A stretch of 57,124 nt of DNA, filler included, from Squatina squatina (lineage: Eukaryota): NCBI GenBank assembly GCA_031763465.1. It is 3 parts of 3 records of this genome, joined end to end, with 100 filler letters (N's around TTAATTAATTAA, not from the genome) between each part and the next. Parts side by side here need not be neighbours in the genome. Positions count along the whole stretch, not along the records: positions 1 to 26,326 come from JARFOE010000203.1; 2 more parts are not named here. One strand, 5' to 3'. The notes under the pieces are model-generated. The model saw only the letters and a list, made by a program, of their open reading frames with translations, made no database searches and was not told the origin of the DNA. Shown here piece after piece: positions 13,389 through 24,703 of the stretch. The translations under genes were made by a program, and so were the position numbers. Position 1 is the stretch's first letter. Every line of letters starts with the position of its first letter.

Positions 13389-13875
13389 CCACGGGTATCA
13401 CTCTCTGACCTACAGATAGAGCACCCAGCGTATCACTCTCTGGCCTACAGATACAACACTCAGCATATCACCTTCCGGCCTACAAATACAGCACTCAGGG
13501 TATCACTCTTTGGCAGGCAGATATAACATTCAGGGTATCCCCCTCTGGACTAGAGATACAACACTCAGGGTATCACTCTCTGGCCCAGAGATGTAACACT
13601 CAGGGTATCACCCACTGGCCCGCATATCCAGCAGTCAGGGTACCACTCCCTGGCCTACAGATACAACTCTCAGGGTATCACTCTCTGGCCTGCAGATACA
13701 GCAATCAGCGTATCACTCGCAGGCCTGCAGATACAGCAGTCAGCAAATCACTCACAGGCCTGCAGATACAGCAGTCAGCGTATCACTCACAGGCCTGCAG
13801 ATACAGCAGTCAGCGTATCACTCGCAGACCTGCAGATACAGCAGTCAGTGTATCACTCGCAGGCCTGCATACAGT
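13389..13875. repeat. 35-bp minisatellite, about 14 copies
   Basis: Unit cagggtatcactctctggcctacagatacaacact recurs at 35-bp spacing (e.g. 13566/13601 and 13741/13776). Confidence 0.92.
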
Positions 13876-14298
13876 GTTCAGAATATGCCATTCTTCCCTT
13901 TATGCATAGCAACCAAGTTATATTCTGCACTTCAGAGTATTTGAAATATTTATTACTTGTAAAGGGAAGCATGGCTTATTCTGTGGACTGTATCCAAGGG
14001 CAGAATGCTATACCTTATGTGTTGTATCTGCAGGCCTGAAAGTGAGTCCTTAAGTACTGTTATATATTAAACTAATGAAATGAGGAGATATGAGTAAACA
14101 CCCAGATTGTCAATGTACAAAGAAATTAATATTTGTATTTTCTCAGTGTTGGAGCAAATCATTTATAAGTAGGGGAATAGATTATTAATCACTGTTTGCA
14201 TATAAATAATTAAGCTAATTTAGTGTCAGCAAATGTTCAAGTAATCTGATTGTTGTGAGTGACAATATGCTAAATTTATATGTGTGTGTATTATTTAG

Positions 14299-14397
14299 AT
14301 CCGCGAGCACCTGGCTAAAGGACAGCGGACCCTGGCAGGAGAGGGCATGTCGCAAGTCATAAGGACTATGCTGGGTTTAATGGAGAGAAAGAATTTC
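14299..14397 (+). CDS. ADGRB2: ADGRB2 GAIN-domain exon, 5' part only (truncated in this sequence)
   Basis: Acceptor ttatttag| followed by [33 protein letters not shown]; homology ends abruptly with no donor site and no gap. Confidence 0.88.
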
Positions 14398-14973
14398 ACC
14401 TTTATTTATTAAGAGAAAAACTATATAGAAAAGATAAATTACAGCAGGGAGAAAAGAGTAAAATTACAAGACCAAATAACAGACCAGGGAGAATGGGATT
14501 GTAGAATTGTGCCCAAATTGAGACTGTATGGACAATAACCTGGGTTTTAAAATGGAGTCCTGTCAAACAAAATGGNNNNNNNNNNNNNNNNNNNNNNNNN
14601 NNNNNNNNNNNNNNNNNNNNNNNNNNNNNNNNNNNNNNNNNNNNNNNNNNNNNNNNNNNNNNNNNNNNNNNNNNNCAATGATTGAGCTGGCACATGTACA
14701 AACTTAAAACTAATAGGTACAGTCCTCTGTGCTGACTAGAATTACATCATTTTTCATTATTTGCAAAATTTGGCAAACAAGAAACAGGTATGCCAAACAG
14801 ATTTAGTAGAAAGTTGTGTCCCTTAATGTTGACACTTAGAAACTTCCCCCAAATCCTTTACAAGCCTCAGGAAACATCACAACACTCAAGTAGCTATCCT
14901 AGACCATGTTGAATCTATTATAAACTATTAGGGAGGCTTTTAGGTACCAATGTTTTATCTCCTAAAGGTAACT

Positions 14974-15154
14974 GAAAATGCTTGAAATACACTGCAGGTT
15001 CATCAACTTCAATAATGACAGAAGACAGATTTACGCTTTCGGTTACAGACCCTTTACCAGACAAGTCAGACCCCAGTTCTGACCAAGGGATACAACTGAA
15101 GTTCTAACTTGTCTTTTCAGGTGCAGACAAATCTGGTGTATATCCAGTATTTTC
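14974..15154. mobile_element. Decayed Penelope-type fold-back (inverted terminal repeat) element
   Basis: Ends gaaaatgcttgaaatacac... and ...gtgtatatccagtattttc are imperfect inverted repeats; internal ttctgaccaagggatacaactgaag resembles the motif at 50147-50172. Confidence 0.55.
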
Positions 15155-15786
15155 AATAACATTGCCCAATTTGACAGCCTAACTTCTCAAAGTAAAATTA
15201 TTAGCCCGAGAGCAAAATTAGGGTCAGTTCAACAGTACCGAACAAATTCACACCAAATTAAAAAAAAATTGGAATCTTGTATATAGGAAAACTATATAAA
15301 AGTCAGACTTATTAAAAATAAATAAGAAAAATTAAATTATTAAAATAATTGAAAGATACATTTTCCAAAATTTGGCACCTGGAAAATATAAATCTAAAAT
15401 TAGATTTTACATATATATTATATAGACATATTGAAAATTATGCAATCAAAAAATGATGCATAAAATCAAATTTTTGAAAATTCTACGTTTTGTTTTAATG
15501 ATACATAAAGCATGGAAAATATACAAGTATAATATAGAATTGTTTTTTAAAAATCAAGAGTTTGTACTGAAGGAGAGCGACAGAGAGGCGCAAGGGCGAC
15601 CTCAGCCAGTCAGGCTGCTGGGAGTCACTGGGAATCAGCAGGAACATTCTGGGGCCTGAGTGACACAAGCCTCCTCCCTCCCGGCCCCAATCCCTGGCGT
15701 TATTAGTGCTCCAAAGACTTTTATTCGGGTGGATAATACCAAGTACGCTCTCGCTATTTGTCCCATTCACAGTTGTTGTTATTTAC

Positions 15787-15870
15787 CGGTCGAACAGCGC
15801 TGGCGAAGGAAAACTCTCCGGCTTCCTTCAAGTCGAGCCAGATCATCGGCATCCGCGGCACGGCCTCCAT
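15787..15870 (-). CDS. PTPN23: PTPN23 (HD-PTP) first coding exon, start of the Bro1 domain
   Basis: Not in the ORF track. 84 nt from aacATGG to CCG|gtaaat read MEAVPRMPMIWLDLKEAGEFSFASAVRP, near-identical to the recalled human N-terminus MEAVPRMPMIWLDLKEAGDFHFQPAVKK. Confidence 0.93.
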
Positions 15871-15990
15871 GTTGAGAGGACTCAGACTGCGACCAACCGG
15901 AAACTGGGTCGCCATTGCCGGGTATTACGTCATGGGACGGTAGGCGAGCATTCTGGGACTTGTAGTCCACATCGTCACCATTCGTTTCCC
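15871..15990 (-). promoter_or_regulatory. PTPN23 CpG-rich housekeeping promoter / 5' UTR
   Basis: ZNF143/THAP11-type motif GACTACAAGTCCCAGAATGC (- strand, 15948-15967), CRE-like TTACGTCA (15925-15932), YY1-like CGCCATT (15910-15916) and ETS CCGGAA (15897-15902), directly upstream of the ATG. Confidence 0.85.
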
Positions 15991-16019
15991 TTTTACAACA
16001 AATATGTTGAATAAAAGGA

Positions 16020-16194
16020 GAAAATGCTGGAAATACTCAGCAGGTCAGGCAGCATTTGTGGTGAGAGAAACGGAGTTAATGTTATATCGACCTGAAACGT
16101 TAAGTCTATCTTTCTCTCTCCAGAGATGTTGCCTGACCTGCTGAGTATTTCCAGTATTTTCTGTTTATATTTTAGATTTCCAGCATTTTGCTTT
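16020..16194. mobile_element. Penelope-type fold-back insertion with 15-bp target-site duplication
   Basis: 36-bp inverted arms at 16020-16055 and 16126-16161; flanking direct repeat tgttgaataaaagga at 16005-16019 and 16195-16209. Confidence 0.8.
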
Positions 16195-17459
16195 TGTTGA
16201 ATAAAAGGACAAGGCGATCATGGACGCTTCATAGGATCAACCCCTGAGAAATCGGGAGCCTTTCAGTCTAATGAACACGTAAACTTTACATTTTATCACA
16301 ATACTTTCAAATCAAATTGACTTTTTAAACCAGGGTACAGTTTGGTTAAAATTCATGCTTAAAGATTTTGTAAATGTATTGTCTCATGCAATATTTTAAT
16401 AAAGGATTTACTCTAACTCTGGACCACTATATTAAAATAACATTATTGGAATCTAAATATTGTTATTAATATTAAATAATACCGTTGTATTAAGCATTGC
16501 AAATCATTTGTTTTATCAGCCGTAACACATACAAGGAGTAGCTTTATTACTACAAGATTCCAGCACACGAGGTATAAGTCAAGGCACGTACTACAGTAAA
16601 GTATTCCATGTTTTAATGTAATTTCAGTTTTTTTCACTGTAAAGCCATGTGGGAAAATTCACTAACGCACTAGTTTCTAAGCTAATAGTAATTCTATTGA
16701 GATTTTGCATTAATCACACAGCTATTTGAAAGAAAATCCCTGGTAAATGAGACATCTGTGCCTGCTGCATTTTATGCCATTAGTTGCAAAACTAAATAAA
16801 TAGTCTGTGTTCTCTGACTACTAGATGAATTGATTAAATGCCACATTTTCTGTCGACATGTTCATGATCTTGTGAGGTGCAATGTGTTATGATTCCACTG
16901 GTACTGTATAACAGTAATGAAGATGGCTATAATCAATAGGAACTCTGACTTCACACGGCACTAAGATATGATTTATTAGATTGTAGATGCTGATTATTCA
17001 GTCTTGGGCATAACAAGCATGCACAGCTGTTCTGATTTAGGAAGGCAAGAATATTGAACCATTTTCAGTGTGACATCATTAATGATCATGCTGTAGTGTG
17101 TGAAAAATCCTCCCTATGGTGAATAGTCAAAACCATAGATTAACACATGGCTCCTTCAATCTTAGCTAGCTGTGTACATCCAGTTTATTTGAAAAGCACA
17201 ACCAAATAGAGAGAACCTTTTTTGGGAGCTGTGATTCAGCCCAGTATCTCTGAATGCACTATTCTGGAAATTTATGGGTGTGTTAACAATGGTAAATAGC
17301 TAGCAAACAAACATTTTCTCATTTAAAAAAGTTAACTTTTGAAGTCAGAATGAAAATGAATGATGCTGATGTAGAGTGTAATGTGGCAGAGTTCCCTGGG
17401 CTGGAACAATATTCTCTAGCTCGAGCTTTTTTAAAAACCTTTTCTACACCTTCTCCCTA

Positions 17460-17950
17460 TTGGAACTTTATAGCACAGAGGAAGGACCATCATCTACGGG
17501 CTGGCTCTCTGCTAGAGTAATCCCAGACTAATCCCACTGCCCCGTGCTCTCTGCTGGAGCAATTCCAGACTAATCCCACTGCCCCATGCTCTCTGCTAGA
17601 GAAATTCCAGACTAATCCCATTGCCCCATGCTCTCTGCTGGAGAAATTCCAGACTAATCCCATTGCCCCATGCTCTCTGCTGGAGCAATTCCAGACTAAT
17701 CCCACTGCCCTGTGCTCTCTGCTGGAACAATCCCAGACTAATCCCACCGCCTCCCCCAACCCCACCCACTGTGCTCGCCCCCTGTAGTCTAGTATCTTCC
17801 TTTACTCCAAATCTTTAATGACTCTTCCCTTAAAAAATGTAATGGCCTCAACTATTCGCTGTGGGGAAGTGTTCCATGCTCCAAGTGAGTAAAGGCATTT
17901 ATCCTAACTTCTCTCTTCACTCTCTTGGGAGCAATTTAATACTGATAGCC
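17460..17950 (-). mobile_element. Decayed CR1 LINE 3' end hosting a minisatellite
   Basis: tagcacagaggaaggaccat...ggctctctgc corresponds to the reverse complement of the CR1 3' end at 39300-39400. Confidence 0.65.
17505..17753. repeat. 42-bp minisatellite, 6 copies
   Basis: Unit ctctctgctggagcaattccagactaatcccactgccccatg; produces the 14-aa periodicity in the 17490-17765 ORF. Confidence 0.93.
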
Positions 17951-18389
17951 CTTCGTCATTACAATTCAAGACCATTCTCCCCATCTCTTCTCTTTCCCTC
18001 CTGGTTTATCAATTTCTTTTTTTTTTAAATTGCTCTCAATTTCACCTTTACAGGCTCTGCCATTTCAGGGGGTACTTTAAGAAATTAATGGGGAGTGATG
18101 CTTCTTTTAAAAGATGGAATAACAGCCATAAAAATAAAAGCATAACTGGCAGCAAAAGAGAGGCAATGGGCAGGAATCAGTCTGAGCATGTAGCAGGAAA
18201 AAAAAATCACAAGAGCAAAAGGGGTTTGGGGGCTGGGGTGCGGTGGAGAAGGATCTAATGTCAGGTCAGTTACTTGTCAATTTCTGATTTAGATTTTTCC
18301 TGCTCATTTAAAAGAAATTGCACAGGATTTGTTTAGGATTGCTACACAAAGGTCCAGAAGGATTTCCACACGGGTGAAAAAAATCCCCA

Positions 18390-18635
18390 AAGCAACAATT
18401 TGCATTTATCAACGCCTTTAGCATAATAAAACATCCCAAGAAGCTTCACAGACAAAATCTGACATCAAGTCACATAAGGAGCTTTCAGAACAGGTAGAGG
18501 CAGGTTTTAAGGAGCATCTTAAAAGGAGGAGAGAGAGGTAGAGAGGTTTAGGGTGGGAATTACAAAGCTTAGGGCCCAGGCACGGCCACCAACAGTGGAG
18601 CGATTAAAATCGGGGATGCTCAAAAGGTCAGAATT
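18390..18635 (-). mobile_element. L2-clade LINE 3' end
   Basis: LLSIPDFNRSTVGGRA..LSTSLSSF matches the L2 ORF2 C-terminus; tail ttgcattta...aacatcccaag..gcttcaca is shared with 51585-51822. Confidence 0.8.
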
Positions 18636-19099
18636 NNNNNNNNNNNNNNNNNNNNNNNNNNNNNNNNNNNNNNNNNNNNNNNNNNNNNNNNNNNNNNNNN
18701 NNNNNNNNNNNNNNNNNNNNNNNNNNNNNNNNNNNTTGGCCTTGGATGGGGTGCTGCGCATATTCACCAGAATGATATGAAATGGCCAACTCCTGTTCCT
18801 ATTTTCCATGGCAAAAGGGTTTTGGGGGAGTGAATGTTACCAGGGATCTCTCGCTTGTCCATTTTAATGTGGTTGGAAGAGCTGTGCACCCCTGTCAAAG
18901 CAGGGTAGGCACTGTTCACACTACTCCCAATCTTTGGTCCTCCCAACATTTTGGGGAATGATTATTTGAACCACCAAAGGCCAGGGAAAACTCTGCGCTG
19001 GATGTTCATTTCGGTCTTGCTGCTGACCTGTACTGCTTCGAATCAAAAGACGGACGCCTGATCCTTAACAAATTGTTTTCCAAAAGGTCTAAATTAAAA

Positions 19100-19700
19100 T
19101 CGGGCAGATTTCATTGCCACGGAATCGGTACGCAGAGTTTAAAAACGCTTGCGTCTGGCGTATATTCTGGGCTGACGCTCGGAGACCATCGTCATTGTGA
19201 AAGGTGATTGATTGCATTGTAGCCCCTGCTCGATTTAATCCCCCCCCCACCCCGCCCAAACTCCCCGCCGTTGCTGGGGTTTCAGTTGGTGAGCACTGGG
19301 TCCAATCCAGCGTGAGCAGCGCCACAGTCTAGGCCATTTGCAAAGAGATTTGCTGGGGGCGGGGGAGAGAATCGATCCGGCGGCGCGATCCAGAGCCCAG
19401 ATAGGAGACGACTGCGAGCGATAGTGGCTTTGGCAGCTCGCCGCCGAGCAGTGAACGGACGCCGGCTAACGTGCTCGCATTGCTGGCGGTGCGTTCACTT
19501 GCACTGAGCTCCACGCGGCAAAGAAGTTGCGCGAAGTGACAGAGGTGGGCAACTGAAGAGAAAAAGACATCGATCATCAGACTAAATGTGGTCTGAAAGG
19601 ATTTACATTTTTTTTTCCATTAAAGAGCTTTTCCGTTATGGTAGCGTGCGCGCGGTCCCTCCGGTGATCCGGGGAGTGTGGGGGTCTCGTCTGCTCATGA
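19100..19700 (+). promoter_or_regulatory. Intronic CpG-island-like candidate internal promoter of ADGRB2
   Basis: Dense CpG in AT-rich surroundings, with CCAAT at 19302-19306 and GC box GGGGCGGGG at 19356-19364; same contig as, and about 160 bp upstream of, the GPS exon. Confidence 0.6.
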
Positions 19701-19860
19701 TTGATGTTACAACACTTGCCTGATGTTAATGTCTGTTGCTTTCCCATTTCCTTCTCTTTATCACTGAACAGTGCTCAGCTGATCGCTCATTTAAGCAGAA
19801 TGAAAGCAGGCTGCTGTCTGATCTCTCATGTCTCTCTCTCCCTCCCTCTCTTTATCGCAG

Positions 19861-19987
19861 GGACTCTGGTCCAGGGAGCTGGGACCCTCAGGGCTGTGAA
19901 ACAGTGCATACACAAGCAGCACATACTAAATGTATCTGTAATCAACTGGCTACTTTCGCCATTTTAGCCCAGCAACCGAGAGATTCG
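19861..19987 (+). CDS. ADGRB2: ADGRB2 GPS-motif exon
   Basis: 127-nt exon (tatcgcag| ... TCG|gtgagt); [42 protein letters not shown], with the BAI2-like TQAAHT. Confidence 0.93.
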
Positions 19988-22324
19988 GTGAGTATTGTAA
20001 AAAAAAATAAAATGCCTGATTGCATTTCACACCTACAGGCTGTTTTGGAATTCATTTATGATTTTATTTTCTCTTCTGCTTCGAAGATTACAGTAAAATG
20101 TAATTGACGTGTCTTTTAAAANNNNNNNNNNNNNNNNNNNNNNNNNNNNNNNNNNNNNNNNNNNNNNNNNNNNNNNNNNNNNNNNNNNNNNNNNNNNNNN
20201 NNNNNNNNNNNNNNNNNNNNNCCAGAGTGCAAACCGCCTATAATACCATCTTTCACAGAATGCATTTTATGAAACAGAAGCAATGAAATCTCCCCGGTGA
20301 GCGCAGAACGACACAGCACATGGTTTGGAAGAATGGGCAGAGGACTGTACTTTAAATCAGAGTTTTCTATTAAGATAAGTGAACGTGTCCTGACCACATA
20401 AATTGGCTAATTTACGACTTGGGCCATAATACAGAGAAAATGGCCGTTTATCAAGACTTTGGAGAAATGCCGATAGGAACTGAGCTGAATAGAAACTCTC
20501 CTGCCTTAATGGCTAAATTGAAATTTACTGGGCTTATCAAGCTCCAAGGCAAGATCCTAAAGATGAGCAAATAATCACACTACAGCAACTCTGAAGACAT
20601 GAACTACTTTGAAATCTTGGGCCGACATTCCTGTTTGCCTGTCTTAGTAAAATAGAGTAGGCATAAATGATGAACGGTGGAATGTCAGAAGAAAGCACCA
20701 ACGGATTAATCATTAATGTTTAACATGCCTCAGAGCATTCCGACCTGTCAAAAAGCTAGAGTAAAACATGCTAACAAAATACCACCTGTTGCATGCTGTA
20801 CCTTTTCATGACATATAAGTTTTACCTGCAGACACGAGATTTAAGTGCAGTGATGTGACCTGTGGAAGTTTCTTTCTGCAATGCATTCACTCTCCCATTA
20901 TGGCATATTATAATGCAATTTTCAGAACTTAGCTATTTTCACTTCCAAACTTTACTTGCTACAGTCTTGATTAAGTCTTGTCCCTTCCACCAGATTCCTT
21001 ACGAGATTAACGCTGTTTGTGGTGTATTGGCAAAGTTTATTCCTTGGTCCCATCAAAAATGTGCGCCAGTCATTCCACGATGATTGGCTGATATATTTTC
21101 TAATAAAATGGCATTCATAACAGTTGGCATTTAGGAAGGCAGATGCTTATGTGATTCTGCCTGCATTTCACTAAAATAGTTGTAAAGCGTGTTTTTTACC
21201 TTTCAGATACCTGAGGAAAACTGGCCCCTTATCGCTACCAAGCCATCTACTTATCTCAAAATATCTATATTTATCACTGTTTCGCTCTGTTAGCACTGTT
21301 TATTAAAAGATGCAGAGTGTTCCATTGCTGTTGTGCTCTTTGATATGGCCCTGCTAATGCAAAACAGATCACAGTAGGAACAAAATCATATCTAATACCT
21401 TGTGGTTCTCAAGGACTGGTTTATTGAGGAACCCTGGTGTATTGCAATAAATATGTACAATACAAAGACCTGCATAACAAGTAAGACACACTATGATAGC
21501 TGTTATGCTAATATCACTCAGTGCACGGAGTAGTGTAATTAAATCCAATGTGAATAGTAGCATATTATACAAAGAAGATCATTGGTTTGATAAAAACAAA
21601 GTAACACGGAANNNNNNNNNNNNNNNNNNNNNNNNNNNNNNNNNNNNNNNNNNNNNNNNNNNNNNNNNNNNNNNNNNNNNNNNNNNNNNNNNNNNNNNNN
21701 NNNNNNNNNNNAAGACACAAATAATGTTACAAGAACAAATCTTCAGGTTTCACTCAGCAACACAAACCCCCAAGGTGACAGATACGCAGGCAACAGTACT
21801 GGGCACTTTTCCCACTCTAGTAACCCTGACAGAATAATATGTACATTTGTGCAATACAACTAAAGTTAACAAGTCATTCTTAGGACCGTGCCGTTTAGAG
21901 CCCTCACAAAAATTCATGAAACCTGCTGCATGCTTCATGACGATTTTAATCTGTGAACATTAGCAACAGTACAAAACACATTCTGGCTAATTAGTTTGCT
22001 AATGCCTATATGGAAGTCTAGCTCCTGACACTCTATTACACGCACAGTGGCTAGATCCAAGGTTCATTCAGTCTCATTAACTGCTACTGGATATCATTAT
22101 TAGGACACTGATGATGCTGTATTGCAGTGTGTCCTATCTATTCAAGGATGAGCAATTTTGGGCACAACTGCTTTGGAATTATCACTGCAGGAAAAACAGC
22201 AGTAAGGTTGTTTCAGATGAAATCNNNNNNNNNNNNNNNNNNNNNNNNNNNNNNNNNNNNNNNNNNNNNNNNNNNNNNNNNNNNNNNNNNNNNNNNNNNN
22301 NNNNNNNNNNNNNNNNNNNNNNNN

Positions 22325-23350
22325 TTCATAAAGGAGGTGGTCACAGAACTCTGCCACCTCCTGGAACCAGACTTGCAGCCTCAGAGCAGGGCAACAACAG
22401 CACTGCCAGTGGCCCTTAAAGTTACCGTGGCCCTCAATTTGTTCACCATTGGATCCTTCCAGTCTGGAGCAGGAGACATAGCTGACATCTCCCATAGGAC
22501 GTCCATTGCTGCAATCGGGAGATCACAGAGACTCTGTACTCCAGGAGAAGGGAGAAGGGATTTCATTGTCTTCTCTCTGAACAGAGAAAGAGGAGCGTGT
22601 ATGTGGCTTTGCCAGGATATTGGGCTTCCCCACGGTGCAGAGCACCATCAACTGCACACATGTGGCTTTACAGGCACCGCATATCAATCCTGAGATGTAT
22701 CGCAACCGCAAAGGCTACCACTCACTTAATGTGCAGTTGGTGTGTGACCACGCCCAGCACATCATGATGGTGAATGCCCGGTATCCTGGCAGCAGTCATG
22801 GTGCATTCATGCTGTGCCAGTCCGCTGTGCCAGCAATCTTCCAGGCACCACGTCAAACCTGAGGGTGGTTGCTTGGAGACAAGGGCTATCAGCTCTACAC
22901 CTGGCTGATGACTCCCCTCCACAACCCACCACTCGTAGCCAGCACTCATATAATGAGAGCCATGCTGTCACGAGAAACCTTATTGAGCAGATCATTGAGG
23001 TTCTGAAACAATGGTTTCGCTGCCTTAACCGCTCGGGAGGAGCCCTCCAGTAGACACCAGAGTGGGTGTCCCATTACTTGGTGATCTGCTGCATCCTCCA
23101 CAACTTGGCCAATATGAGGGCGCAGCCCTTGCCACCACGGGTTCCATGACCACATCAGGAGGAGGAGGAGGAGGAAGAGGCGGAGGAGGAGCAGGAGGAA
23201 GGAAGGAGGCAGGCAGCAGATCCACGATCCAGATCGGCTATCCGTGAGTGCCTCATCAGAATCTGGTTCCACAGATCCCCATTGCCCATTTCCCCACCTC
23301 TGTCACAGAACAACACAGCATGCTCTTGGATACAAAGCTGAAATGAGAGC
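22325..23350 (+). mobile_element. PIF/Harbinger transposase pseudogene
   Basis: ALPVALKVTVALNLF..GSFQ, NRKGYHSLNVQLVCDH, YPGSSH, WLLGDKGY, YNESHAVTRNLIEQ and CCILHNLA occur across several frames with stops, followed by a GAG-rich acidic tail. Confidence 0.92.
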
Positions 23351-23962
23351 CTCCACAAAATAAAGATTCCAATCATAAGCTATAAATCATTAGAATGAGC
23401 AGGCAGTACAAATTTTGTGTGCTGCCTGCAACATTTTCAATGGACGTTGGCATGTCACACTGTGTGCTCCCTGCACCCGTTTTTAAGCTTTATTCAATTC
23501 CACTCCTCTAATCTTGAAACCTGAGTTGAGGGCAGGAAAGTTAGTCTGGTGTTGCATGGGCCGAGGGCGAGCCTTCCTATTTTCAACCCTTCTTTCCGTT
23601 GCCTCATGCGGTTGGTTGGAAGCCAGTTGCATTTCTTCATTAAACTGGTCAGTGGTTGAGATGGGGGGCGGGGGCACCATCAATGGAGAGTGTGTGCACC
23701 ACGTGGCCTTGGAGGAGGTGCGGAAAGAAAGAGACTTGTAAGTCTCTGGACCTGCAGCAAGGGTGTGGTATTGAAATAAGAGGAAACAGAGGCTTGGATA
23801 CCAATTGTAGCATCGCTACTGCCACCGTAGCTCAGATCTGGAAACTCAGCACTGGCCAGGGATCGAACCCAGGCACCTTTCTGCTCTAACATTAAGTAAG
23901 TAAAACAAAAATAATAAATATATATGCTTAATTATTAAACTCATTTTGATACAGAAAAAAAT

Positions 23963-24703
23963 GGGGGAGAAATTCAGCTCTGATTGCGCCCAGTTAGCGC
24001 CTCCGAGGGGCGCTAATGTGGTGATAATGGACAAAATGTCACCAGGACGAGGTCATCTCGCCTCCTGGGGAATTCAACTGGGGTGTAAAGGCCTTTGTCT
24101 TTGTGCAGGGAATTCCGCAACAGGTCGGAGCGTGATGTTATAAAGACACGCGCCGACCCTCACTGCGCAGCTGTGTTCCGATTGCGTGCCGCAGGCGGAA
24201 TTCACCCATGGGATGCGGCCGCAGCGACAGGGAAACTATCGCTGCAATGGCCCTCTTAAAGGGGAGCACCTGTGCGCCTGCGGCCGGCATCTTTATTTGT
24301 CGGCCGACTCTCATGTCAGCCGACTGATGGCGGCCCACGGCCGGATCAGGCCACCATCCCCTCTCCTGGCACGCCGACTGGGGCGCCGTCAGGATGGCTG
24401 GCGGCCCTCCTCTTCAAGGGTTTGACGTCAGCACGCAGCGACGCTGGCACAGCGCCGTTGACGTCGCTGGCATGGCACTGACGCCACACCAGTGTCGTCC
24501 CTGGCTGGATACCCCAGTTTCACCTGGGAGCGAGGCTGGCATCGCTGTGCCTCACCCCCACCCCGGAATGCTAAATTCTGCGTTGGGTGGGGGGGATTCG
24601 GGAGCCGGCGAGAAAAATGCTGCCTACTGCCCCGGAAGCACCCGGCCCAAATTGTGAGCCCCAAATATTCTGCAGCAGATGGGAGGAACCCCAAATTCAC
24701 TCC
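23963..24703. mobile_element. Non-autonomous Harbinger-like element (MITE-like)
   Basis: GC-rich 740 bp bounded by ggggagaaatt and aaattcactcc (imperfect TIRs resembling those at 10190 and 55722); no credible ORF. Confidence 0.6.

Noticed and set aside
21207-21305. Acceptor-like cctttcag followed by YLRK..., considered as the ADGRB2 TM2 exon
   Set aside because: No match to the expected IKSERSIILLNFCLS, reaches a stop, and has no donor.
23560-23740. Possible Harbinger Myb/SANT partner ORF remnant (ALEEVRKERD); also 54020-54210
   Set aside because: Too short and degenerate to support by eye.
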